Shown here: in pieces, positions 6,490 through 13,855 of the stretch
Layout: every line of letters begins with the position of its first letter
Position numbering within the stretch: position 1 is the first letter of the stretch
Origin: Candidatus Krumholzibacteriota bacterium
GTDB taxonomy: Bacteria; Krumholzibacteriota; Krumholzibacteriia; JAJRXK01
NCBI GenBank assembly: GCA_963806035.1
Contig: CAWDWO010000015.1
Span: 1-23,941 of the forward strand
Length of the DNA: 23,941 nucleotides
Direction: 5' to 3'
Position numbers and translations under genes: made by a program
Notes under the pieces: generated by a model
What the model saw: the letters and a program-made list of their open reading frames with translations, nothing else
The model's database searches: none
Told to the model about the DNA's origin: nothing

Positions 6490-8571
6490 TCAGGGGACCA
6501 GCCAACCGACCGAGACAGCCTCGTTGCCGTCGCTGAACCCGTGGGCAAAATCGAGCCGGAAGCGGCCCTTCAGGCCGGGGCAACGGACGCGGAGGCCTGT
6601 GCCTCCATCCACCTGCCACCCGACCTGGTCGGCTCGCCCGGTGCCCCAAGCCCTGGCCCCATCGACGAAAACGGCCCAGCCCAGTTCCAAGGGTCCCCGG
6701 CGCCATCGCGTAATCTCCGTTTCGAAGGACGAATAGGCGAGCGTGCGGCCAAAGACCTTGCCGCGGACGACGCCCCCATCGAGCAGGGGATGGGCCCGCA
6801 AAAGTGGCGCGCGGCCGTATCCGGTGCCCGCTCCGGACCACAGAGCCAACGGCGCGTCCGCGGTCGCGTGAGAGAGGCCGACGCTGCCCAGCCAGGGGGC
6901 GCCCGCCGCCGGACCGCCGGAGCGCCAACTCAACAGTGCGTCGACGGTGGAGAATGGGGCGCCGTCGCCGAGGCGCACCCATCGGCCCGCGGCTACGGTG
7001 AATGCCAGGCGGTCGCGGGCCCAGCGCGTCTCGACCGCTCCGGACAGGGCCAAATGGTCGCCCCGGTCGGCCCATCGGTCGAGCGCTGCTCCGAGCTCGA
7101 GCCGCAGATCGGATCCGAACCAGTCCGCGAACGAGAGGGCGGTGCGGCGGCGTTCCTCCCGGCTCAGCTCCCCGTCGGCACTCACGGCCGCGCCCTCAGG
7201 TGCCCGGGCCACGTAGGTCTGGCGTTCCCAGAAACCCTCAACCCGCCAGAGCCCGGGGTGGCCCGCGGCCGCCGGCACCGCGAGTGTCATCGCGACGCGC
7301 GGGCGGTTATGTCGCCATCGCCAGGCCGCGGTCCACAGTTCTCCGTTGCCGGTGGGGCTGGCCACGTCGATCGAAACCTCCCGCTTGATCAGGGCCCGGC
7401 TACCTGCCCTGACGAGATCCCAGCGGCTGGCCGCCACCAGGGGCCGCTCCAGCACGGTCACATTCACCTGGGCGACTCCGGCCGGCAGGGGTCTGAGATC
7501 CAGGCGGAAATCCGTCAGTGCCGGCACTTCGTCCAGGCGTCTCCGAGCGCGACGGAAGGCTCCAGGGGTGATCAGACGGCCCGGCGGCAGATCCAGTTGC
7601 CGAGCCACGACCGCGTAGCGAATGCGGGCAAGGCCGTCGATGTGGGTCAGGTCGGCTTTTGGTGCGGAAAGATGATTCCAAGCACGCAGCGCCCCGGCCA
7701 CGTCCCCCGCCAGGAACCGGCTGCCGGCGAGCAAGCGCCGAGCGTGGGCATCGAAGGGGTCGAGGTTCAGGGCCCGTTCCGAAAGTTGGCTCGCACCGGC
7801 CCAATCGCCGGCGTCAAATCTCAGCCCCGCTCGTTCCCGCAGGGGGACCGCGGATGCCGGGCACAGCGATTCGGCGGCGCGGAACGCGCGCTCGGCTCCT
7901 TCGACCTCACCTTCGGCGGCCAAGTGGAGGCCCCGCTCGACCAGTGTATCGCAGGGAGCGCGGGAGTTGAGGGGCCCTGGGACCGTCGGTCCGAGATCCG
8001 CTGTCTCTCCCAAGCCGGTCGACGCCGGCGGCAGGACCAATAGGCTCCAGGAGCCGCCGCCGGCCCAGGCCGCCAGAAACTCCGCGGTGGACAGAGCCCG
8101 GAACGGTCCGACCTTCGGGTCGTGGACGAGCACCCGCCCGTTGGCCCAGCCCACGACCACCACGTAGTGGTAGGCGTCGCTGCCGACCTGCAACAGAGCG
8201 ATGACAGGGCGACCCCGGGCCAATTCGTCCGTGATTCCGGTCTGCGTCCCCGGCAGAGTCAGAGGTATCCAGCCGCGCGCCGCGACGGCATTGATGAGGG
8301 TCCCGGTGCGGATTCCGCGCTGGCTCGGCTCAACCAGCGCGGCGAAGTCTTCCGCCAGGACCCCACTTTCCCCCCAGAAGCGCAGGACCATCGCCAGGGC
8401 CGCTCCCCCGCACAACGCCCCGCTCTGGGGCACGTACGGCACGTCCAGCACCTGCAATGTTTCCTGGACCTCGGCTGATCCAGGTGGGGGCGCGCCGGCG
8501 GCCGCGCAGGTGATCAAAACAATGGCGAGCACCACCACCGGAGCCCCGACCGCGAGCGCCCGAGCTGCCAT
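6490..8571 (-). CDS. C39-like cysteine peptidase (PA2778-like) fused to TPR, POTRA and an Omp85-family outer-membrane beta-barrel
   Basis: Signal peptide; LDVPYVPQ49SGALC54GGAALAMVL, H135YVVVVG, VHD151P; three TPR-like repeats aa ~207-302; POTRA-like aa ~305-377 (IDGL-RI-Y-VV-RQL-L-PG...RARRRL...V-VTVLERP); barrel motifs SPTGNGE, LLRAH, FVDGARAW, GTGLRV..PG..G.FRLDFA..VSVGW. Confidence 0.85.
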   Translation of the reverse strand: MAARALAVGAPVVVLAIVLITCAAAGAPPPGSAEVQETLQVLDVPYVPQSGALCGGAALAMVLRFWGESGVLAEDFAALVEPSQRGIRTGTLINAVAARGWIPLTLPGTQTGITDELARGRPVIALLQVGSDAYHYVVVVGWANGRVLVHDPKVGPFRALSTAEFLAAWAGGGSWSLLVLPPASTGLGETADLGPTVPGPLNSRAPCDTLVERGLHLAAEGEVEGAERAFRAAESLCPASAVPLRERAGLRFDAGDWAGASQLSERALNLDPFDAHARRLLAGSRFLAGDVAGALRAWNHLSAPKADLTHIDGLARIRYAVVARQLDLPPGRLITPGAFRRARRRLDEVPALTDFRLDLRPLPAGVAQVNVTVLERPLVAASRWDLVRAGSRALIKREVSIDVASPTGNGELWTAAWRWRHNRPRVAMTLAVPAAAGHPGLWRVEGFWERQTYVARAPEGAAVSADGELSREERRRTALSFADWFGSDLRLELGAALDRWADRGDHLALSGAVETRWARDRLAFTVAAGRWVRLGDGAPFSTVDALLSWRSGGPAAGAPWLGSVGLSHATADAPLALWSGAGTGYGRAPLLRAHPLLDGGVVRGKVFGRTLAYSSFETEITRWRRGPLELGWAVFVDGARAWGTGRADQVGWQVDGGTGLRVRCPGLKGRFRLDFAHGFSDGNEAVSVGWLVP

Positions 8572-8580
8572 TGACCGGAT

Positions 8581-9027
8581 TCAGTTCAGCAGCAGGATGA
8601 GGATCAGCAGGATGATGATGATCCCGGTGGTCGTGAAGACGATTCTCTCATCTCCACCGACGATACCACCCTCGTTGACTGTCCTGGCCTGCGCGGCCAG
8701 CATCTCCAGGGACGAACCCGACAGGACCGCGGCGGCGGCGCTGGCCCGCTTGAGGTCCAGACCGGCGGCCCCGGCCACCTGGCGGACATCCTCACGCTGC
8801 AACATCACCTGGATGGCCTGGCGGTCGGCGTTGGCCTGGTCGATTTTCGCATCGATCGCAGCCTGGATATCGCGGTCGCTGACCACGGTCTGCTGCGGCT
8901 GGGCCGTCTGGTTGGACCCCGCGGCGTCGGTGACGAATGCGAAGCAGACAACGCTGATGGCGGCGATGGTGAGTACCGCGAGGGCGAACCTCCGGTATTC
9001 CTCGGTGAACCGTGCATAAACTCTCAT
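8581..9027 (-). CDS. PA2779-like secreted protein with Gly-Gly motif and hydrophobic C-terminal tail
   Basis: AAGGAG RBS; signal peptide; helical body LQREDVRQ...GLD...LSGSSLEMLA; IVGG followed by DERIVFTTTGIIIILLILILLLN; 9 nt upstream of the peptidase gene. Confidence 0.85.
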   Translation of the reverse strand: MRVYARFTEEYRRFALAVLTIAAISVVCFAFVTDAAGSNQTAQPQQTVVSDRDIQAAIDAKIDQANADRQAIQVMLQREDVRQVAGAAGLDLKRASAAAAVLSGSSLEMLAAQARTVNEGGIVGGDERIVFTTTGIIIILLILILLLN

Positions 9028-9122
9028 GACGTGCTCCTTATTTAGAACGAGGGGCGGCGGATCGGCCGGGTGTTATACCCAGGAATGACTCCGGCGCCTG
9101 CGGATCGATCAATGGCGTATAG

Positions 9123-9138
9123 CGCAATCGATGTGCCG
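9123..9138 (-). promoter_or_regulatory. Sigma54 (-24/-12) promoter of the precursor/peptidase operon
   Basis: Minus strand CGGCACATCGATTGCG, near-consensus YGGCAC-N5-TTGC; IHF-like AATCACTGGTTTG at 9153-9165 (minus). Confidence 0.85.
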
Positions 9139-9199
9139 CGCGAAACGGGCTCCAAACCAGTGATTAGGGCTCGATTACGCGGTTTGACCTGGTGCTGCC

Positions 9200-9234
9200 T
9201 GATCGTAATGAACGCAAGCCCATCAGAATGATGG
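9200..9234. promoter_or_regulatory. Paired candidate enhancer (UAS) sites
   Basis: TGATCG-taa-TGAACG (9200) and the perfect palindrome CCATCA-gaa-TGATGG (9220), 20 bp apart. Confidence 0.65.
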
Positions 9235-9308
9235 ATTCCAGATTCACGATTTTGGTGATGCGGCTGCCGCCGGTCCCTCACTCCAGATTCATGCGAGCGA
9301 AGCGGAGC

Positions 9309-9331
9309 CCCGGCCGTTGTCAATGGCCGGG
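9309..9331. terminator. Hairpin downstream of the ice-binding protein gene, probable terminator
   Basis: CCCGGCCGTTG-T-CAATGGCCGGG inverted repeat, 20 nt after the stop at 9351; the T-run is on the + strand side only. Confidence 0.55.
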
Positions 9332-9350
9332 TCCTTTTGCTGAAGTCCTT

Positions 9351-10445
9351 TTAGTTGGAGGGTGCGCTCACAGTACTCGTGTCCAACGTGACAGCCGTCT
9401 GTGCCAACAGCCGACCGTTGATCGACGCCCCCGTCTGTAGTGCGATGCCGGTCATTCCGAGCACAATGCCCTCGAGGTGGGAGGTCGTGCCGATATCCAC
9501 CGCGCCGGCAACCTGCCAGAAGACGTTTCTGGCCAAGGCCCCACCGGAAAGGGTGACATTCACGGCGCTGCTCACGGTAAGACCCTGAGCGATTTGGAAG
9601 ATCCAGACATCGGTCGGGCTGCCGCTAAGAGTGACATCTGTCGGAATCAGAAGTCCGGTTCCCCATTTATAGACGCCGGAGCTGAGGGTCATCCCACCGA
9701 TGTTGCCATCGCCCAGCTCGGTAATATCGGGTGCGCGGCCGGCGGCATCCGCAAACGCAAGCTGCATATCGCTGACAGCCGTGGTCAGGTTGGCCGGAGT
9801 GGGCACCGCATAATTAGCCGCGTACACTCTCCCGGTTACCTGAGAGGAAGTGGAGTACACATCCGTGGCGTACATCGTCAACGAGAATCCCGTTATCGAG
9901 GTGGCGGCAGCGGGGCTCAATCCAACGAGCCCCGTGATGACCGAAGCCGGGACCGAGGAGATACCGCTCTTGGCGAGAATCACGTAATCGCCAGCCGTAC
10001 CCAGATCCACAGGATTCCCCGCTGCAACAGCACTCCCGGTCGTGAAAGACCAGATATGCGATGCCGCAAGGCCGTCACCGGCGACCCTCTCGGCTCCGGT
10101 GGTGATTGTCGCAATGTAGTTTGTCTGGCTCGCGAGAAGGGCGGTCGGACGAAATACTGCCCTGGAATCCGCGTAGCTCACCGTGCCAGTGACCAGGACC
10201 GCCGGCGTTCCGGACTCCACCGTGAATGTGGCTGAAGTGAGCGTGGCGGGATCCATCGGTTCGCTGAAAATGGCGCTGATGCTCCCGTTCAAAGACACGT
10301 CGCTGGCCGAGTTACTGGGGACGGTGGATATGACGCTTGGTGCGGCGGGAGGCCCCGTCGTATTGGAGTCTCCACAGCCGATGGCTGAGGTGAGCAACAG
10401 CAGGGCGACCCCTGCTATCACCAAATAAGATCTTGAATGTCTCAT
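9351..10445 (-). CDS. Ice-binding-family (DUF3494) lipoprotein with an N-terminal Ig-like (Big_5/SbsA) domain
   Basis: Lipobox AIGC; Ig-like PSVISTVP...FSEPMDPATL...WSFTTG; DUF3494 VDLGTAGDYVILAKSGIS, VYAANYAVPTP, GVYKWGTGLLI, WIFQIAQ, NVFWQVAG, GRLLAQTAVTL; AAGGAAG RBS before ATG 10445. Confidence 0.92.
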   Translation of the reverse strand: MRHSRSYLVIAGVALLLLTSAIGCGDSNTTGPPAAPSVISTVPSNSASDVSLNGSISAIFSEPMDPATLTSATFTVESGTPAVLVTGTVSYADSRAVFRPTALLASQTNYIATITTGAERVAGDGLAASHIWSFTTGSAVAAGNPVDLGTAGDYVILAKSGISSVPASVITGLVGLSPAAATSITGFSLTMYATDVYSTSSQVTGRVYAANYAVPTPANLTTAVSDMQLAFADAAGRAPDITELGDGNIGGMTLSSGVYKWGTGLLIPTDVTLSGSPTDVWIFQIAQGLTVSSAVNVTLSGGALARNVFWQVAGAVDIGTTSHLEGIVLGMTGIALQTGASINGRLLAQTAVTLDTSTVSAPSN

Positions 10446-10518
10446 GATCGTCGCTTCCTTGCTAATTCCTGTTGTGCAAAACCAGCCGGAGTGGCGAGGT
10501 GTTGCCACTTGTCCGAAC

Positions 10519-10534
10519 AGCACATCGTGTGCCC
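10519..10534 (-). promoter_or_regulatory. Sigma54 (-24/-12) promoter of the ice-binding protein gene
   Basis: Minus strand GGGCACACGATGTGCT (GG-N10-GC); IHF-like TAGCAAGTCGTTA at 10553-10565 in an AT-rich patch. Confidence 0.7.
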
Positions 10535-10599
10535 CAAGCATAATTCGTTTATTAGCAAGTCGTTATGTATTTCGCGGATACTGGCGGATGCATCGACTG

Positions 10600-10637
10600 C
10601 CGCCATAATGATGGGCCGTAGCAATCAGAAATGATGG
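10600..10637. promoter_or_regulatory. Paired candidate enhancer (UAS) sites
   Basis: CCGCCA-taa-TGATGG (10600) and CAATCA-gaaa-TGATGG (10622); the second has a 4-nt spacer. Confidence 0.55.
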
Positions 10638-10661
10638 ATGGGGGTGAAGCTAGCCGAGCGG

Positions 10662-10678
10662 GCCCGGCCCAGCCGGGC
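10662..10678 (-). terminator. Hairpin after the regulator stop codon, possible terminator
   Basis: GCCCGGC-cca-GCCGGGC 11 nt downstream of the stop at 10690; no U-tract. Confidence 0.35.
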
Positions 10679-10689
10679 GAACCCTGGTT

Positions 10690-12354
10690 TTACCGGGAAT
10701 CCCCGGCCTCTTCATCCGCGGCCGTCGTCTCGTCGGTGCCGTAGATCTTGAGCTTGCGGTAGAGAGTGGCCGAACCGATCCCGAGCTCCCGCGCCGTGCG
10801 CGCCTGGTTGCCCTCGTTGAGGCGGAGTACCGCCAAGATGTAATCCTTCTCGATCTCGTCGAGCTTCCGCACGGGGCCGCCCAGCGAGGGCACCGGAACC
10901 GCCTGCCGCACTTCCTCCGGTAACTCGTCGTAATCCACGAGGCCGGCGTTGCCGATGGCCACGGCCCTTTCCATGGCGTTCTCCAGTTCCCGCACGTTGC
11001 CCGGCCAGTCGTAACGCAGGAGCTGGTCGGCGGCCCGGGGCGACAGCCCGGTCACCGTGCGCGGAGAGCCCTGCGCCGCCCTGGTCAGTAGCACACGCGC
11101 CAAAGGCAGGATGTCCTGCCGCCGATCCCGCAGCGGCGGGACGTGCAGCTGCACCACGTTGAGCCGGTAGAACAGGTCGGTGCGGAAACGGCCGGCCTCG
11201 ATCTCCTTGGCGATGTCGTGGTTCGTGGCGGCGATCACCCGCACGTTCACGGGCCGACTGTTGCTCTCGCCCACGCGGCGGATCTCGTGCTCCTGCAGGG
11301 CCCGCAGCAGTTTGACCTGCATGCCGGGCGAAACGTCGCCGATCTCGTCGAGGAACAGCACGCCGCCGTTGGCGGACTCGAACAGACCGATCCGAGCCTG
11401 CGTCGCGCCGGAGAACGCACCGCGAGTGTGGCCGAAGAGTTCGCTCTCGAGCAGGGTCTCGGTAATCGCGCCGCAGTTGACGGCGATGAACGGGCCCGCG
11501 GTGCGAGCGGATTCGTGGTGGACCATGTGGGCGATGAGTTCCTTGCCCGCTCCGCTCTCGCCCGTGATGAGAACCGTACAGTCCACCTTCGCGATCCGCC
11601 GGGCGAGGTCGACGACTTTGCGCATGTCACCGCTACGGGCAATGATCCCGAGTTCGTTGTCAATCGAGGGGTCCACATTGGCCATGATGCGCTTCTTGAT
11701 GCGCAGCTCTTTCTCGGCCGTCTTCAATTCTTCGGTGATTCGGTGGAGCGACGGTTCGAGCCAGTCCTTGAGGTTCTCGACGCGGAAGAAGCGGATCTCG
11801 TCGGACCGTTTGTCGCCCCATTCCTCGAGAGTCCGACCGAGTAGGTGGCAGTTGGCGTCGCCGCGCCCGATGCAGCGCTCTTCCAGGACGTAGATCTCCT
11901 TGCCCAGCGCCCGGCTCAGGTAGCCGCTGGTCAAGCCGCAGATCGTCCAGCACACGGCGGTGTCGCACTTGCCGAGATGGGCGATGTGCTGCTCAGCCTC
12001 GTAGGACTCGATCAGCGTCAACCCTTCCTGGGTCAGCGAACCGACCGGGTCCGGTGCCAGGCGGTACATGCCGCCGAGCATGTGGATGCGCCCGCACGCG
12101 TGGTGCCAGTCCTCCTCGCTTTCCCACTGGAAGAGATCCTGCATGGCATCGGCCATCCGCCAGCCCTGGACGTAGCCGAAGCGGGTCAGGATCGCCCTGG
12201 CGGTGGACATCCCGAACTGGTTGACCAGTTCCTTGCGCAGGTTGCCGTTGGCAATGCCGTCGACGATGACCGCGCGCTGGCCGGCGAAACGAACGATCCC
12301 GTCTTCGGAATCGAACTCCAGCAACTCGCTCACGTTCAGATCGTCGATCCTCAT
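10690..12354 (-). CDS. Sigma54-dependent enhancer-binding protein of XylR/DmpR type (XylR_N + V4R + AAA+ + Fis-type HTH)
   Basis: V4R CWTICGLTSGYLS...EERCIGRGDANC; Walker A GESGAGKE; ESELFGH-RGAFSGA; LFLDEIGD; WPGNVRELEN; HTH GNQARTARELGIGSATLYRKLK. ATG 12354 has a GGAG RBS (the ORF track starts at 12366). Confidence 0.95.
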   Translation of the reverse strand: MRIDDLNVSELLEFDSEDGIVRFAGQRAVIVDGIANGNLRKELVNQFGMSTARAILTRFGYVQGWRMADAMQDLFQWESEEDWHHACGRIHMLGGMYRLAPDPVGSLTQEGLTLIESYEAEQHIAHLGKCDTAVCWTICGLTSGYLSRALGKEIYVLEERCIGRGDANCHLLGRTLEEWGDKRSDEIRFFRVENLKDWLEPSLHRITEELKTAEKELRIKKRIMANVDPSIDNELGIIARSGDMRKVVDLARRIAKVDCTVLITGESGAGKELIAHMVHHESARTAGPFIAVNCGAITETLLESELFGHTRGAFSGATQARIGLFESANGGVLFLDEIGDVSPGMQVKLLRALQEHEIRRVGESNSRPVNVRVIAATNHDIAKEIEAGRFRTDLFYRLNVVQLHVPPLRDRRQDILPLARVLLTRAAQGSPRTVTGLSPRAADQLLRYDWPGNVRELENAMERAVAIGNAGLVDYDELPEEVRQAVPVPSLGGPVRKLDEIEKDYILAVLRLNEGNQARTARELGIGSATLYRKLKIYGTDETTAADEEAGDSR

Positions 12355-12362
12355 GCGCCGCT

Positions 12363-12397
12363 CCATCTATTTGATCGGCACTGCGTCATAGTGACGG
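12363..12397. promoter_or_regulatory. Paired candidate enhancer (UAS) sites overlapping the regulator's own 5' region
   Basis: CCATCT-att-TGATCG (12363) and GCGTCA-tag-TGACGG (12383), 20 bp apart. Confidence 0.6.
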
Positions 12398-12433
12398 GAT
12401 CACTGGATCCGTTTTACCACTCCAGCCCTTGTA

Positions 12434-12446
12434 GATCAAGCACTTA
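12434..12446 (+). promoter_or_regulatory. IHF binding site
   Basis: GATCAAGCACTTA versus consensus WATCAAN4TTR, lying between the UAS pair and the -24/-12 promoter. Confidence 0.6.
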
Positions 12447-12451
12447 CGGGC

Positions 12452-12467
12452 GGGTCCGGCGATTGCT
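12452..12467 (+). promoter_or_regulatory. Sigma54 (-24/-12) promoter of the rightward operon
   Basis: GGGTCCGGCGATTGCT: GG-N10-GC with a consensus TTGCT -12 box. Confidence 0.65.
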
Positions 12468-12597
12468 CGTGGGTGGAATGAGAAGGAACCCCGACGACAC
12501 ATGAGACAAGTTAGTCGAAATGAGGGGTTTTCACCTGCGACTCTATCGAAGTGAGCGGGAATGCGGGAGCAAACCCAGAAAAGAGAGGCCATAGGCC

Positions 12598-13251
12598 ATG
12601 AAAAATTCAGCCATGAAACTCGCCGGCGTCGGTCTTTTGTTCGCGGTAGCCACGGTCGCCGCGGCCGGATGTAACCAGAAACCAGCCGTCGTCGGGGATG
12701 CCCGGTCAGAGGAGGTCAGCCTCGCGACGGTCGTCGTTCCGGAGGGCACCAGCGTCCTCGCGAGCCTCGATAAGGGGATCACCACCGAGACAGCTCGCAC
12801 CGGCAGCACCTTCTCCGCGACGACGAACGAACCGATTATAGTAAACGGCCAGACTGTTTTCCCCTCGGGGAGCCGCGTCAACGGCGTCTTGCGCGACGTC
12901 GAGGCTTCGGGCCGCGCCAGCGGCCGGGCCCGGATGACCCTCGTCTACCAGGAGATCGTCGATGCGGCCGGCAAGGCACACGCGATCTCGACGCAGCCAC
13001 TCACCCTGGAAGCCGACTCGGGCACCGGGACTGATGTGGAGCGGATCGCGGCGGGCACCGTGCTTGGCGCGCTCGTCGGTGGCATCGCTGGCGGGGGTAA
13101 GGGTGCCGCGATAGGCGCCGGGGCCGGCGCCGGTGCGGGAATCATCGTCATGCTCGCGACCCAGGGTGATGAGCTGGTGCTCGAGGCCGGTCAGCAGTTG
13201 TACGTCAATATGATTTCACCGACGAGTGTCCAAGTGGTGGCAAAGAACTAG
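12598..13251 (+). CDS. Lipoprotein with a VirB10/TrbI-like beta domain and glycine zipper
   Basis: Lipobox AAGC; VVPEGT...L...G-TFSA...P-GSRV-G-L; glycine zipper AGTVLGALVGGIAGGGKGAAIGAGAGAGAG; GAGG RBS. Confidence 0.85.
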   Translation: MKNSAMKLAGVGLLFAVATVAAAGCNQKPAVVGDARSEEVSLATVVVPEGTSVLASLDKGITTETARTGSTFSATTNEPIIVNGQTVFPSGSRVNGVLRDVEASGRASGRARMTLVYQEIVDAAGKAHAISTQPLTLEADSGTGTDVERIAAGTVLGALVGGIAGGGKGAAIGAGAGAGAGIIVMLATQGDELVLEAGQQLYVNMISPTSVQVVAKN

Positions 13252-13274
13252 TTCGCACGCAAGGAGGACAGAAG

Positions 13275-13778
13275 ATGAGATGGATTTCCACGGCATTTCT
13301 AGTGGCCGTCCTGGTCGCCGGCATGGGCCAGGTTTCGGCCCGCGCCGAGTATTCGTCGAGCGACGTCGGCTTCCGTGGCTGGGGGCCGCGGGTCGGCGTG
13401 TCGGTCGACCCGGATCAGGTCCACTTCGGCGCCCACATCGACTACGGCAACTTCGCCAGACACGTCCGCTTCCAGCCGAATGTGGAACTCGGCCTGTCGG
13501 ACCACCTCAAGCTCTTCACGATCAACGCGGAGGCGGCCTACCGCTTCAGCGAAAAGTGGGACGTGTGGACGCCCTACCTCGGCGGTGGCCTCGGCGCCAA
13601 CATCAAGAGCTACGATAACGGTCACGACAACTGGTCGCACACCGACCTGGGTGTCAACCTTCTGGGGGGGATCGAGAAGGGACTGGATAATGGCGACCGT
13701 TTCTTCATCGAGGCCAAGGTCAGTTTGAACGACGTGCCGGATCTCAAGGTGACCGTCGGCTGGACGTTCTACCACTAG
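13275..13778 (+). CDS. Small outer-membrane beta-barrel protein (OmpA/OmpW-like, probably 8 strands)
   Basis: AGGAGG RBS; signal peptide; amphipathic strands, TPYLGGGLG, C-terminal VTVGWTFYH. Confidence 0.85.
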   Translation: MRWISTAFLVAVLVAGMGQVSARAEYSSSDVGFRGWGPRVGVSVDPDQVHFGAHIDYGNFARHVRFQPNVELGLSDHLKLFTINAEAAYRFSEKWDVWTPYLGGGLGANIKSYDNGHDNWSHTDLGVNLLGGIEKGLDNGDRFFIEAKVSLNDVPDLKVTVGWTFYH

Positions 13779-13799
13779 GCGCCGGGACAGCTCGGCGCC
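13778..13799 (+). terminator. Intergenic hairpin (attenuator or mRNA stabiliser)
   Basis: GGCGCCGGG-acag-CTCGGCGCC immediately after the stop; no U-tract. Confidence 0.35.
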
Positions 13800-13855
13800 A
13801 GCGGTCATCGGTGCCGGATTTCGTTTCGTACCGAAATACCCGGGAGATAGAACCA

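Noticed and set aside
5917..8043. 708-aa plus-strand ORF
   Set aside because: Antisense shadow of the C39-Omp85 gene in high-GC DNA; Pro/Arg/Gly-rich with no motifs, and it runs across a promoter region.
8506..8517. Lipobox in the C39-Omp85 protein (LITC)
   Set aside because: Thr at -1 is non-canonical, and an SPase I site in AAAGA is at least as plausible; left unassigned.
2805..9027. Idea that the kinase/GT4/radical SAM enzymes modify the GG-peptide as a RiPP cluster
   Set aside because: Opposite strand, different composition, no shared sigma54/UAS signals, and cytoplasmic enzymes versus a Sec-exported precursor; the adjacency looks coincidental.
10492..10507. TGGCGAGGTGTTGCCA as a sigma54 promoter (either strand)
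   Set aside because: GG-to-GC spacing is 9 rather than 10; it is better read as a small inverted repeat near the predicted transcription start.
10446..10541. N-terminal extension of the ice-binding protein in the ORF track
   Set aside because: It overlaps the sigma54 promoter; ATG 10445 has the RBS and begins the lipoprotein signal.
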